A DNA stretch of 53,519 nucleotides from an uncultured Chitinophagales bacterium (GCA_964575925.1 CAZNTR010000005.1:1-53519), one strand, 5' to 3'. Numbered from the stretch's first letter, positions 1-10,437 are shown. A program made the numbers and translations. Notes: a model not told the origin generated them from the sequence alone.

Positions 1-37
1 CATGTGACTCACCCGCAGTTAAATATCGAATCATATA

Positions 38-1036
38 CTAAAAATGTGTTAAAATGCTAAGTTGATATTGAGCGCCTATGCTGCTAAATGAGGTTCGAGA
101 AATATCAATGTTGAAACGTGAAATTTTAAAACCAGCACCAAATGCTGTTCCTGATAAATCAATTCTATTCTCTGTTTTAATGGCATCACTTCTATATTTA
201 TTCATTCCAAATCGTATTGTAAAATTTTCAGAGAATAAAAACTCCCCACCAAAAGCGAAATGCCTACTTAAATCAGTCCAAAAGCTTGTTTTTTTGCTAT
301 CGTAAATTGTTTTTAGTGGCCAATCTTGCAAAGAGTGCGAGGTAATAGTAAATCGAAATGGTACATATTTTAATCTTTTTGTAATTCCTAAACTAATATC
401 GAAAGGAATGTTCTCTTTGTACAAATTAAAATTATTGAATTGAAATCCTAAATCTCTTAAGGCTAACCCTATTGTAATTAACTGTGATGGGATTAAATAA
501 TAGGCTCCTGCTGTAATTGAAAGTCCATTAGAAGTATAGTTTTCAATTGCGGAACGAATTAATGTAAAACTGGCCGCTATATTCAAATTGGTAAGAATAA
601 CTTTTGAAGCTGAAAAAGATAAACCCATATCATAAGAAGAGAAACTACCTGTTTCATTGCCAAATTCATCATATTTGCTAAAATCGCCATACGTTAAATA
701 GCGCAATGAACTTGAAAGTTGAAGCGTTGAATCATAAGCATAAGAATAAGCTAATGCAGAATAATTAGCATCTGCGAAATGGCTCATGTAAGAGAATTGA
801 ACTTGGTTATGAAAAGACTTGTTTGCATAAGCCGGATTTCCAATTAAAGAAAATAAATCAGGATTTGCTAATGAAACAGCATGTAAACCATTTGTAGCAG
901 ATCTTGGCGAAACGGGAAGTTCTAGAAAAGAAAACACTTTTGTTCCACCTGATTGAGCGTTAACAAGATTTACTAATAGTAGATTAACAAATAAAAGAGT
1001 TAAAATGTTTATCTTATACATACGTTTAAAATACAT
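38..1036 (-). CDS. porQ: PorQ/PorV-like outer-membrane beta-barrel protein (T9SS-associated, FadL-like fold)
   Basis: Signal peptide ending in VNA|Q. N-terminal FSFLELPVSPRS and GNPAY motifs typical of the PorQ/PorV family, amphipathic strands and a C-terminal Phe. The start could be 1021. Confidence 0.7.
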   Translation of the reverse strand: MYFKRMYKINILTLLFVNLLLVNLVNAQSGGTKVFSFLELPVSPRSATNGLHAVSLANPDLFSLIGNPAYANKSFHNQVQFSYMSHFADANYSALAYSYAYDSTLQLSSSLRYLTYGDFSKYDEFGNETGSFSSYDMGLSFSASKVILTNLNIAASFTLIRSAIENYTSNGLSITAGAYYLIPSQLITIGLALRDLGFQFNNFNLYKENIPFDISLGITKRLKYVPFRFTITSHSLQDWPLKTIYDSKKTSFWTDLSRHFAFGGEFLFSENFTIRFGMNKYRSDAIKTENRIDLSGTAFGAGFKISRFNIDISRTSFSSIGAQYQLSILTHF

Positions 1037-1084
1037 GATTTATCTTGTTATTTACAGTTCAAAATTTGAAAGTCAACCGAGCTA

Positions 1085-1822
1085 ATGACATTATTTGTTT
1101 TATTTGGTAGGTATTGCTTGTTATTGTATCAGGCATTGCGATCATTTATAGAAATAAAAACCTATAAGAAAAATTTTATACAAGAATTAATAAAAACGGG
1201 CTACGATTCAATCCCAATAATACTGCTTGTTGGTGCGTTTACTGGAGCGGTATTGTCTATTCAAACAGCGTATCAATTATCATCAGGTTTAATTCCTACT
1301 TCAACAATTGGCGCTATTGTAAGTAGATCTGTCATTATTGAACTAGGAATGGGAATTGGGGGGTTGGTTTTAGCAGGAAGAATTGGAGCGAGAATAGCAA
1401 CCGAATTAGGTTCAATGAGAGTTAGTGAACAAATTGATGCACTGGAATCTATGGGATTTAACTCCGTTTCATTCTTAGTGATTCCGCGTGTTCTTGCTGG
1501 AATAATTTCATTCCCTATTTTATATTTAATTGTTGCTGCTACAGGAGTTTTAGGCGGGTTAATTTCTGGTCATTTAACAGGTGGCGTTACCATGTCTGAT
1601 TATATGGTAGGTGCACGAATGGATTTTTATGAAAGTGACCTAGTATTTGGTTTAATAAAGGCAACTGTATTTGGCTTTGTAATCACCTCCATTTCCTGTT
1701 TTAAAGGGTATTTTGCAACAGGAGGAGCCGAAGGGGTTGGAAAAGTGACTACCCAAGCTGCGGTATTAAGTTGTGTATATTTACTTCTTTCTGATTTAAT
1801 ATTGGCTACTATCTTATTATGA
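1085..1822 (+). CDS. mlaE: MlaE-family ABC transporter permease
   Basis: Motifs AGRIGARIATELGSMRVSEQIDALESMG and GGAEGVGKVTTQAAV; multi-TM protein. Confidence 0.95.
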   Translation: MTLFVLFGRYCLLLYQALRSFIEIKTYKKNFIQELIKTGYDSIPIILLVGAFTGAVLSIQTAYQLSSGLIPTSTIGAIVSRSVIIELGMGIGGLVLAGRIGARIATELGSMRVSEQIDALESMGFNSVSFLVIPRVLAGIISFPILYLIVAATGVLGGLISGHLTGGVTMSDYMVGARMDFYESDLVFGLIKATVFGFVITSISCFKGYFATGGAEGVGKVTTQAAVLSCVYLLLSDLILATILL

Positions 1823-2553
1823 TTGAAGTAAAAAACCTTTCAAAAAGTTTTGGACAGAGTTTGATTTGGCAAGATGTAAGCTTCACCATTGAAAACAATA
1901 CAGTACTTGCAATTATTGGGCGTTCCGGTTGTGGCAAATCTGTTCTCTTGAAACATTTGAACGCATTACTTGAACCTGATAAAGGTGAAGTATTAATTAA
2001 TGGTGAAAATATTTACAATCTGAATTATGTAAAACTCAGAAAAGTAAGACAACTATTTGGAGTACTATTTCAAGGTGGAGCATTGTTTGATTCAATCAAT
2101 ACTTTTGAAAATGTTGCTTTCCCTTTACGTTATTTCTCAGATAAATCAGAATCTGAAATCAAAAAAAGAGTGTTAGAGTGTCTGGATCTTGTTAATCTTT
2201 CGAACGCTGGAAATAAAAACACCTCAGATTTATCAGGAGGAATGAGAAAACGTGTTGGTTTAGCACGTGCAATGGTTCTTGAACCCCGTTATCTTTTGTA
2301 TGATGAACCAACATCTGGACTTGACCCAGAGACTTCTGATGAAATAAACGATTTGATTATAGATACAGCAGAAAAACTAAATGTTACGTCTGTCGTAATT
2401 ACTCACGATATGCATAGTGTACTTAAAATTGCGGATAAAGCAATTTTTTTAGACGAGCAAAAATTAGCATGGCAGGGAACGATTGATGAAATGAAGGTAA
2501 GTAAGAATGAGCGATTACTTTCATTTATCAAAGCTGCAGAATATAGTATTTAA
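1819..2553 (+). CDS. mlaF: MlaF-type ABC transporter ATP-binding protein
   Basis: Walker A GRSGCGKS, LFQGGALFDS, signature LSGGMRKR, Walker B LLYDEPTSGLDP. ATGA overlap with mlaE. Confidence 0.95.
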   Translation: MIEVKNLSKSFGQSLIWQDVSFTIENNTVLAIIGRSGCGKSVLLKHLNALLEPDKGEVLINGENIYNLNYVKLRKVRQLFGVLFQGGALFDSINTFENVAFPLRYFSDKSESEIKKRVLECLDLVNLSNAGNKNTSDLSGGMRKRVGLARAMVLEPRYLLYDEPTSGLDPETSDEINDLIIDTAEKLNVTSVVITHDMHSVLKIADKAIFLDEQKLAWQGTIDEMKVSKNERLLSFIKAAEYSI

Positions 2554-2569
2554 AAAACGGAGAACGAGA

Positions 2570-3496
2570 TTGAAATTTACAAATGAAATAAAAATTGGAA
2601 TGACGGTAGTATTCGCAACCCTCATAGGAGTTGTAGGATTTCGAGTAATGCGTGATGTGCCAATCTTTAACAATGGAAGACAAATCGTTTCAACTTTTTC
2701 TAAAGTTGATGGCCTTGGCATTGGTAAGAAAATATATTTTAACGGTGTGGACATTGGTAGCATAAGTTATGTAGAGTTATTACAGAATGATAGCGTTCGA
2801 ATTACAATGACTATTGATGCAGATATAGTGATTCCAAGAGATTCAAAAGCGTTTATTCGTTCTATTGATTTTCTTGGTTCTAAAGCCATTCTAATTGAAA
2901 AAGGTAATTCACCCTCAGAGGTTGTAAATGGGGGGGCTTTAAAAGGTGTATTTGATGAAGGGACTCTAAACGAGTTACAAGCGAAGGGATTAAGCTTAGG
3001 CGATAAGGTTGCTGAAGTTGGCGAAAATTTAAATATAGCTTTAAAAAGAGTAAATACGACTTTAAGCGATGATGTTCAAAAAAACGTCGAAAAAAGTTTA
3101 AAGGAATTAGAATTATTGACTCGTGAATCAAGAAATTTGGTTCAAACGAACAAGAATTCTGTAACTAATTCTTTGGCAACATTAAATCAAGTCTTATTAC
3201 AAGCAGACTCGTTAACAACTGAGACAAGACCTCAATTAAAAGATCTAGTGTCAAATTTGAATAAACAATTAGAAGGTCTTGAAATGGCAACAAATAGTTT
3301 AGACGAAACATCAAGGGAATTAACAATTCTGTTAAAGAAAATCAACTCAGGAGAAGGAACTCTTGGAAAGTTAGCAAACGATTCTTCTTTATATACAAAT
3401 TTGGATAGTTTAACGATAGGATTGAACACTCTTATACGGAATCTAGATCGAGATCCTAAAAGATATTTAAAACATATAGGATTTAGCCTGTTTTAA
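2570..3496 (+). CDS. mlaD: MlaD/MCE-family protein with long helical C-terminal region
   Basis: N-terminal TM, MCE motif VDGLGIGKKIYFNGVDIGSI, C-terminal GEGTLGKLANDSSLY. The likely start is the in-frame TTG at 2570 after GGAG (2559-2562), not the track's 2507. Confidence 0.9.
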   Translation: MKFTNEIKIGMTVVFATLIGVVGFRVMRDVPIFNNGRQIVSTFSKVDGLGIGKKIYFNGVDIGSISYVELLQNDSVRITMTIDADIVIPRDSKAFIRSIDFLGSKAILIEKGNSPSEVVNGGALKGVFDEGTLNELQAKGLSLGDKVAEVGENLNIALKRVNTTLSDDVQKNVEKSLKELELLTRESRNLVQTNKNSVTNSLATLNQVLLQADSLTTETRPQLKDLVSNLNKQLEGLEMATNSLDETSRELTILLKKINSGEGTLGKLANDSSLYTNLDSLTIGLNTLIRNLDRDPKRYLKHIGFSLF

Positions 3497-3561
3497 AAAA
3501 TAAAAGTAATTGTTTTGTAATGATATAGTTGGTTCCGATTGTTTAAAAGATAGTTAAATGC

Positions 3562-3569
3562 TATATTTG
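3562..3569 (+). promoter_or_regulatory. Putative housekeeping promoter element TATATTTG (matches Bacteroidota -7 TAnnTTTG)
   Basis: Exact TAnnTTTG match about 55 bp upstream of the ATG at 3624. The AT-rich background makes this weak evidence. Confidence 0.4.
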
Positions 3570-3623
3570 CAGGCTAATAACTAAATTAAAAATATTAATC
3601 TTTAATTTGACCATAGGTACCCA

Positions 3624-5411
3624 ATGGGAGTAATGGAAAAATTCAGAGCTAGTACAAAATATATTTTGTGGCTGCTCATTTTATCTTTCGGTCTTTTATG
3701 GGCCTTAGCTGATACAAACGTTTTTGATGCCATGATGGCTGGACCACGTTCGTTGGGTGAGGTTAATGGAAAAGCCATTTCATTTGAAGCATATAATCAA
3801 AAAGTGCAAAATTATTCTGAGCGATATCGTTATGAGACAGGTGATGCTGCCACCTCAGAAATGCGTGCATATTACGAAGATATGGCTTGGGAAGAACTTG
3901 TTCTTGATGTAATTATAAAACAGAAAATGGATGAACTAGGCATTACCGTTACTGATGATGAGTTAGTTAACATGATTACTGGTCCTAATCCAGATCCATT
4001 TATTGCTCAGCAGTTTAAAAAAGAAGACGGAACTATTGATAGAGCCGCTTTAGATGCTGCAATTTCAGCTCCAGAAAACACAAACATTTGGATTACAATT
4101 GAGCAACAATTACGTGATAACCGTAGAAGAGAAAAATTATCGCAATATTTACAAGCTTCGGTTAAAGTTTCAGATGCTGAAGTTGCGCAAGAGTATATGG
4201 ATAAAAATTCTACACTTTCGTTCGATTATATTCGTGTAGCCTACAATGAAATTCCTGATTCTGTTTTAAATCCAACAGATACTGAATTGAAAACTTTCTA
4301 CACTAAAGAGGCAAAGCGTTATCAAAGAAAAAAAACGTGGAAGTTTAATTATGTTGAGTTTGACTTAACGCCTACTACTGAGGATACCCTTAAAACGCTG
4401 ACTGAACTTCAAAGCATTAGAGAAGAACTTACTGGCGATACAAACGATTCGCTAATATTTTTACAATACAGTTCTACTACCCCATACACTGTAACGACAG
4501 TTGCTAAAAGTGAAGTTAAAGAATCTTATAAACCAGTTTTATCTGTTGATGTAAACCAGACAACAGAAATAATTAAAGAAGCTGATGCAAGTCTACACCT
4601 TTTGAAAAAAATTAGTGAGACTAAAAAAGAACTATCGTTTATTGATTATTCAACAAAAGTTGTAGCAGATCCACTTGGTACGGTTGATGAAAGAGCAAAA
4701 GAAGCAGATGATTTCGCATATTTTGCAACTGAAAACAACTCTTTTCAAAAAGAAGCAGAGACTCGTGGTTATACTATAAAAAGTGGTATTGCAACGGAAG
4801 ATACACCCTTTATTGCAGGATTAGGACAAACTAGACAAACCTTAAATTGGTTAAAAGGGGCAAAAATTAATGAAGTTTCACAAAACCCAATTGAATTACC
4901 AAAAGCATTCGTTGTATTAGAGTTAATTGAAATTCAAGAAGCTGGAGCAAGACCTTTTGCAGAAGTTCGTCCACAAGTTGAACGTCTTTACAAAACTGAA
5001 ATGCGTAAAAAGCAATTGTTAGCTAAAATAAACACAGCATTAAAAAGTAGAACAGACTTCAATGCTGTTGCATCTGAACTAAACAAAGAAGTTAAAACAG
5101 CTGAAAATGTTCGTTTTAATTCTGATATTATTCCAGGTTTAGGTCGAGAGCCTTTAGTTTTAGGTAAAGCAATTACCTTAGATTCTGCTCAAGTCTCAAC
5201 CGTTGTCACAGGTGATTTTGCAGCTTTTGTTATTAAATTAAAAGATCGGAAAGTCGCCGACGAAGCTGGTATGAATGCTCAGGTTTTACAACAAATTAGA
5301 ACTGAATTAGAGCAAAAAAGAAATACAGCTCTTTCAGCTGTTTGGGTAGAACAATTAAAAGAAGCGGCTGATATTAAAGACTTCCGCACGTTAGTTCTTC
5401 GCAATAGATAA
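3624..5411 (+). CDS. ppiD: PpiD-like membrane-anchored periplasmic chaperone (SurA N-terminal domain, degenerate rotamase domain)
   Basis: N-terminal TM anchor, GEVNGKAIS, LGITVTDDEL and VKVSDAEV motifs; 595 aa. Confidence 0.8.
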   Translation: MGVMEKFRASTKYILWLLILSFGLLWALADTNVFDAMMAGPRSLGEVNGKAISFEAYNQKVQNYSERYRYETGDAATSEMRAYYEDMAWEELVLDVIIKQKMDELGITVTDDELVNMITGPNPDPFIAQQFKKEDGTIDRAALDAAISAPENTNIWITIEQQLRDNRRREKLSQYLQASVKVSDAEVAQEYMDKNSTLSFDYIRVAYNEIPDSVLNPTDTELKTFYTKEAKRYQRKKTWKFNYVEFDLTPTTEDTLKTLTELQSIREELTGDTNDSLIFLQYSSTTPYTVTTVAKSEVKESYKPVLSVDVNQTTEIIKEADASLHLLKKISETKKELSFIDYSTKVVADPLGTVDERAKEADDFAYFATENNSFQKEAETRGYTIKSGIATEDTPFIAGLGQTRQTLNWLKGAKINEVSQNPIELPKAFVVLELIEIQEAGARPFAEVRPQVERLYKTEMRKKQLLAKINTALKSRTDFNAVASELNKEVKTAENVRFNSDIIPGLGREPLVLGKAITLDSAQVSTVVTGDFAAFVIKLKDRKVADEAGMNAQVLQQIRTELEQKRNTALSAVWVEQLKEAADIKDFRTLVLRNR

Positions 5412-5425
5412 CTAATTATTTTAAT

Positions 5426-5466
5426 AAAAAAAGCCGTTTGATGTTATGCAGCAAACGGCTTTTTTT
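5426..5466. terminator. Bidirectional intrinsic terminator
   Basis: AAAAAAAGCCGTTTG...CAAACGGCTTTTTTT hairpin between convergent genes. Confidence 0.9.
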
Positions 5467-5481
5467 GTAATCATGTTCAAC

Positions 5482-6156
5482 CTAGTGGCTTAAGGTAGTT
5501 TGCTCGATTATTTTTCGATAAAATTTTTTGATATTAGCAAGATGAATGTCCTCATCAGATTCAATACAATTGAGAATCGGTAACTCAAACCAAATCTGAT
5601 TGTTTTGCATGAAATCTTGAATAGTAGCATCAAAGACTGTATCAGTATCCCATAACTTGTGCATAAATAAATCTGAGTTATATTGTTTTAGAGCTAATAA
5701 ATAGTAACCCCCGCTGCGAGAAGGCCCAATTACAGCGTCCGTTTCCTTTAGTTCAAATATAGCTTTATCTATAAGCTCAAAGGTTAATTCTGGGTAATTA
5801 ATGGATAGGAATACTACTTCTTTATATCCAATTCTGAATAAAGATTCAAAAGCAAGAGATAGACTTTCGCCAAAGGTGCGTCCAGTTTGAATTTCATAAA
5901 TGAAATCGGAATCTGGCCAATTAGAATCATTCTCAGGTAGGTCGTCTTTAAAAAAAACATATCTATGAGCCTTAACTCTTGCTGCTTCTTTAGAAGAGTG
6001 CTGAATGAGCTCTGTGTAAATTTCAGAATAACGATTTAAACTAGTAACGTGTTTCCCATCAACAGAAGAATCTTGTTCGTTTTTTTCATTTGTTGATGGT
6101 GAGAAAATAATTAGAGCTTTTTCCATTGCTTTAAATTCATAAGTAGATAAATGCAT
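5482..6156 (-). CDS. DUF2064/TIGR04282-like (CofC-like nucleotidyltransferase fold) protein
   Basis: Motifs QTGRTFGESL, DAVIGPSRSGGYYLLAL, W-DTDTV and ELPILNCIESDED. The N-terminal motif is degenerate. Confidence 0.75.
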   Translation of the reverse strand: MHLSTYEFKAMEKALIIFSPSTNEKNEQDSSVDGKHVTSLNRYSEIYTELIQHSSKEAARVKAHRYVFFKDDLPENDSNWPDSDFIYEIQTGRTFGESLSLAFESLFRIGYKEVVFLSINYPELTFELIDKAIFELKETDAVIGPSRSGGYYLLALKQYNSDLFMHKLWDTDTVFDATIQDFMQNNQIWFELPILNCIESDEDIHLANIKKFYRKIIEQTTLSH

Positions 6157-6427
6157 TAAATAAAATTCTTGTGTTTTCTAAAGCTAATAATTTAAAATTT
6201 TGTGAATTTAAAATTATCGTGACATTAAAAACTTAATACAATTGGTATGGTAATGTAAAGCCTGTTAAATATCAAAAGAAAAGTTTTAAAAGCGATTCTT
6301 TTTCAAGGATTTATTGTGGTAAAGTGTCGTGTTTTGTTAAAACGTGGAAAAAAGCAGAATAGAATTTAGTATTTTGCAGCTTGGATAGCAACGTATCATA
6401 TATAGAAAAGAAGTCAGTAGGTAACCT

Positions 6428-6685
6428 ATGAATATTTATGTTGGAAATCTTTCCTGGAAGGCTAAGAAAAGCGATTTGGAAAATTTATTTGCCCATTTTG
6501 GAGATGTTAGCCGTGCCTTTATTGTTAGAGATAAAAAAACAAAACGATCAAGAGGATTCGGATTTGTAGAATTTTCTGAAGATGAAGCTGGTAAAGCAGC
6601 CATAGAAAATCTAAACAATACCTTATTTATGGAGCGCTTATTAGTTGTAAATGAAGCAAAGCCAAAAGAAGAATCAGAAGCTTAA
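6428..6685 (+). CDS. RRM-domain RNA-binding protein
   Basis: RNP2 IYVGNL, RNP1 RGFGFVEF and C-terminal VVNEAKP. Confidence 0.95.
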   Translation: MNIYVGNLSWKAKKSDLENLFAHFGDVSRAFIVRDKKTKRSRGFGFVEFSEDEAGKAAIENLNNTLFMERLLVVNEAKPKEESEA

Positions 6686-6714
6686 TTCGTTTTTTAACTC
6701 AATTAAAGATTTAT

Positions 6715-6742
6715 AAAAGGACTGTGAAATACAGTCCTTTTT
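6715..6742 (+). terminator. Intrinsic terminator after the RRM gene
   Basis: AAAAGGACTGT-GAAAT-ACAGTCCTTTTT perfect stem with U-tract. Confidence 0.85.
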
Positions 6743-6760
6743 ATATTAAGGATTTTATAG

Positions 6761-7261
6761 ATGAAAACATTGTATTTAATGAGACATGCAAAGTCAGATT
6801 GGTCAGAACCCAATAAAACTGATTTCGAACGTGGTTTAAATACTAGAGGTACAAAAGATGCTCTTAAAATGTGTTCAGTAATTCAACATTTCAAAGAAAA
6901 ACCGAGTCATTTTTTTTGTTCAACTGCTAAAAGAGCAAGAATGACCATTGAACCATTTCAAACTCATCTTACTTTCAAACTAAGTTACACTGATAAATTG
7001 TATAGTTTTACTGGGTCAGATTATATTCAGTTTATCAAAGAAATTCCGCACAACTATGAATCCGTTTTGATTTTGGGACATAATCCTAGTGTGGAGTATG
7101 TTGTTACCTATTTACTAAACGCAAAGGGTGGAAGTATAAGAATCCCAACATCGTCATTATTAAAAATTGTGATTGAGACAGAGTCTTGGAAAGAGATAGA
7201 AGCCGGCAGAGGAGTCTTACATTATTTTCTTTACCCTAAAATTGTAGGGCAGATAGTCTAG
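6761..7261 (+). CDS. sixA: SixA-type phosphohistidine phosphatase
   Basis: LYLMRHAKS, R-LN-RG, STAKRARMT and LILGHNP motifs. Confidence 0.88.
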   Translation: MKTLYLMRHAKSDWSEPNKTDFERGLNTRGTKDALKMCSVIQHFKEKPSHFFCSTAKRARMTIEPFQTHLTFKLSYTDKLYSFTGSDYIQFIKEIPHNYESVLILGHNPSVEYVVTYLLNAKGGSIRIPTSSLLKIVIETESWKEIEAGRGVLHYFLYPKIVGQIV

Positions 7262-7272
7262 CTCATTTGTAT

Positions 7273-10200
7273 TTAAACTAATGACTGATTATCAAGCTCC
7301 TGCCTCAGTAATTGAGACAACTCATTAATTTCTTTCATTAAGGTTTGAGTAAGCTGTTCAGTTAATTTATGAATCGAAGAATCGGCTTGTTGAATTCTTT
7401 TTGTTACTAAAGCTAAACGATTAAAAAATAAAGAGTCAGCACTTCCTTGAATCCGATGTGATAGTATTTTTAGATGGGAATAATTTTTAGACTCTAGCAT
7501 TTCTTTGAGAGCCTCTAAATCTTTAGTAAAATGTTTAACAGATTGCTCTAAAATTTGACTATAAATCTGTTTATTGAAATCTAGAATTCTTAAAAAAGCT
7601 TCGCTATCAAATACTATTTCATTGTTTTTAAACAGATTTTGAGTTTCGTTCGATTCCCTATTATTGGAAAAATCAGAAACTGTCCACTCAAACAGAATAT
7701 GTTTAATTTTATTTAAAATGACTGGCTTTGCAATATAATCAGACATTCCATTGGCGAGACACTGCTCTTTTTCTCCTTTTACGATACCTGCGGTTAACGC
7801 AATTATTGGAACATGTTTTCCGTTTTTAAAAGATCGTATAGATTTTGTAGCTTCAATTCCACTCAATAATGGCATCTGAATATCCATAAAAATGATATCG
7901 GGATTTGTTTTCTGAAATAAATCTACTGCTTGCACTCCATTTTCTGCTTCCACTATTTTGAATTCAGAATTGATTTTATTTAAAATAGTTCGTGCTAAAA
8001 GCATATTTATAGGGTTGTCTTCTGCAACTAAAATGGTTAAATAATGTGAAAACGTAATTTCCTCATTCTTTTTTACCGAAACTGGAAGAGAATCCGAATT
8101 AAGGTCAAGACGTGTATCAGATTGTAAAAGAACATCGAAATAAAATAAACTTCCATTACCTAAAGTACTATCTACCTTGATGAAGGAGTCCATTAAGCCC
8201 AGTAATTTATTAGCAATGGTTAAGCCTAAACCTGTACCTCCAAATTTTCGGGTGGTTGAAGTGTCTTCTTGACTAAATGCTTCAAAAATCTTTTTAATAT
8301 TTTCTTGAGCTATTCCCACACCTGTATCTTTTACGGCGAAACGATACAATCCTGTTGTTGGATTGGTCATTTGTAGGCAATTAATAGCTACCGTAACTTC
8401 ACCTTTAGACGTAAACTTTAGTGCATTACTAATAAGATTTACAAGAATTTGTCGAATTCGAACAGGATCAAGAACTATTTTTTTAGGTACTGATTTATCT
8501 AAATTAAAGCGAATTGGAATGTTTTTCTGTACAGATTGATACTTTGTGATTTCATTTATTTGATTTAAAAGATCACTAAGGTCCGTGCTTTCCATTTCAA
8601 GTTCAAGTTTGCCAGCTTCAATTTTTGAAAAATCAAGAATTTCGTTAATAATTTCCATTAAACTATGAGCGGATTGATAAACAGTCTGCATGTAATTCTC
8701 CTGCTCATCAGACAAGTTTGTTTTCATCAAAATGTCTGTAAATCCAATTACTCCATTTAAGGGTGTACGGATTTCGTGACTCATATTGGCTAGAAAATAA
8801 GACTTTGCATTACTTGCTTCCTCTGCAATTTTTTTTGCTTTTGCCAATTCAAGCTTATCGTTTTTTATATCATTAATATCTTGAATTGAGCCAAAAAGGC
8901 GAACACACACTCCGTTATCAATCTCTGCATTTCCGATAGATTTGACCCAAATAGTATTCATTTTAGCCGTAATTATTCGAACTTCATAGGCCCAAGGTTG
9001 CCCAAATTTAATAGCTTTTTCTATAGCTAAATTTAACTTTTGACTATCCTCTGGATGGTAAAATTCATTAATTGAGTGTAAATCTGGTTTAAAATATTCA
9101 TCAACCTCTAGAATGTTTCTTATCATAGAAGACCATTCAAGAGAATGATTGAGCATATCAATTTCCCAGCCCCCAACTCGAGTTAAAATGCTAGTTTGTT
9201 CCAAAACTTCTTTAGTTTGGCTTAAACTTTTATTTGAAATGGAAATGGCAGTATTTTTTTCCTCAAGTAGTTTGTTTGTTTGAGAGAGTTTTTTTCTACT
9301 TCTTAAATTAGATAGGAGAAGTAGTGTAAGTGTAATTAAACCAATAAATAAGGTTGCGCCAATAAATCGAATTAAATTCTGTCGTTCTTCAATTTGTTTG
9401 ATTTCAATCTTTTGTTTTTCGTACTGAAGGTTAGAATTCACCCAATCAATTATTTGATTAGCTTGACTTGTATTTAATTCATTAATCACATCAATTTGTT
9501 TTTTTCTGAACACATAAGCTTGGATAAAATCATTTTTCTGAGCGTAAATGTCTGCAAGAACCCCTGCTGCTGCTGCAATACGTTTATCAGCCGCTGAAAA
9601 TGTTGCTTTTTCAAAAGCTTCGTTGGCTAATTCTAAAGCTTTTTCATAATTGTGGATTTTTAAATAGATTTCAGCCATCGCTGTTTTTAAGGCGACAGTA
9701 CTGGCGTAAGGGTCATGTTCCTTTTTGAGATCTATGGAACGTTGAGCAAATGATAGAGCGGATTCCAATTTATTTTCAGCTACATATAAACGAGCTAATC
9801 GTTCAAGTGTACTAGATAGACCTGCAAAATTTTGGTCTTTTTTTCGAATTTCGTACGATTTCAAAAAAGCATTTTCTGATTCCCTAAAATTACCCATATC
9901 AAAATACATTTCACCTAGGCGTAACCATGCATAACCTAAACCAACTGGATGATTTAATTCAGAAAATAATTGAATAGCTTTTCTGAGGTAGTTTTCAGCC
10001 ATTTCATAATTTTTTTGAATACTGTAAATTTCCCCAATATTATTGTAAGCAAAAGCTAATTGCTCATTGTCTTTAGTTCTTTGAGCAATAGCGAATGCTT
10101 GTAAATAATAATTCAAGGAAGAAGCATAGTCGCCAAAATTTCTGTAAATAACACCCACAAAAGACAAGTGCTTCTGAACTAACTTATAATTATTAAGTTG

Positions 10201-10437
10201 TTGAGCAATTTCAACGGCTTGCATTCCATAAGTGAGGGCTTCGGGTAGATTTAAACCTCTTAACCGCCATGCTAATTCTCCAGAAATAATACAAGCTTCT
10301 TCAGTATTTAGGCTAATTTGTGATAGACGTTTTTTTAGCTCAATAACTTCAGGGGAATCTTGAGCAGCAAATGAGTGAGAAGCACATAGACTGAGCAAAG
10401 AAAATAAAAAAACACCAATTAAAGTAAAATGACGCAT
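7273..10437 (-). CDS. Hybrid sensor histidine kinase: signal peptide, TPR repeats, TM, PAS/PAC, HisKA, HATPase, REC, Hpt
   Basis: TPR YNNIGEIY, H-box FLANMSHEIRTPLNG, N-box NLISNALKFT, G boxes DTGVGI and GGTGLGL, REC FMDIQMP and IAKP, Hpt SHRIQGSA. Confidence 0.95.
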   Translation of the reverse strand: MRHFTLIGVFLFSLLSLCASHSFAAQDSPEVIELKKRLSQISLNTEEACIISGELAWRLRGLNLPEALTYGMQAVEIAQQLNNYKLVQKHLSFVGVIYRNFGDYASSLNYYLQAFAIAQRTKDNEQLAFAYNNIGEIYSIQKNYEMAENYLRKAIQLFSELNHPVGLGYAWLRLGEMYFDMGNFRESENAFLKSYEIRKKDQNFAGLSSTLERLARLYVAENKLESALSFAQRSIDLKKEHDPYASTVALKTAMAEIYLKIHNYEKALELANEAFEKATFSAADKRIAAAAGVLADIYAQKNDFIQAYVFRKKQIDVINELNTSQANQIIDWVNSNLQYEKQKIEIKQIEERQNLIRFIGATLFIGLITLTLLLLSNLRSRKKLSQTNKLLEEKNTAISISNKSLSQTKEVLEQTSILTRVGGWEIDMLNHSLEWSSMIRNILEVDEYFKPDLHSINEFYHPEDSQKLNLAIEKAIKFGQPWAYEVRIITAKMNTIWVKSIGNAEIDNGVCVRLFGSIQDINDIKNDKLELAKAKKIAEEASNAKSYFLANMSHEIRTPLNGVIGFTDILMKTNLSDEQENYMQTVYQSAHSLMEIINEILDFSKIEAGKLELEMESTDLSDLLNQINEITKYQSVQKNIPIRFNLDKSVPKKIVLDPVRIRQILVNLISNALKFTSKGEVTVAINCLQMTNPTTGLYRFAVKDTGVGIAQENIKKIFEAFSQEDTSTTRKFGGTGLGLTIANKLLGLMDSFIKVDSTLGNGSLFYFDVLLQSDTRLDLNSDSLPVSVKKNEEITFSHYLTILVAEDNPINMLLARTILNKINSEFKIVEAENGVQAVDLFQKTNPDIIFMDIQMPLLSGIEATKSIRSFKNGKHVPIIALTAGIVKGEKEQCLANGMSDYIAKPVILNKIKHILFEWTVSDFSNNRESNETQNLFKNNEIVFDSEAFLRILDFNKQIYSQILEQSVKHFTKDLEALKEMLESKNYSHLKILSHRIQGSADSLFFNRLALVTKRIQQADSSIHKLTEQLTQTLMKEINELSQLLRQELDNQSLV

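Noticed and set aside
5482-6156. Arsenosugar biosynthesis locus
   Set aside because: No arsS/arsM or partner glycosyltransferase is nearby, and the motifs are degenerate.
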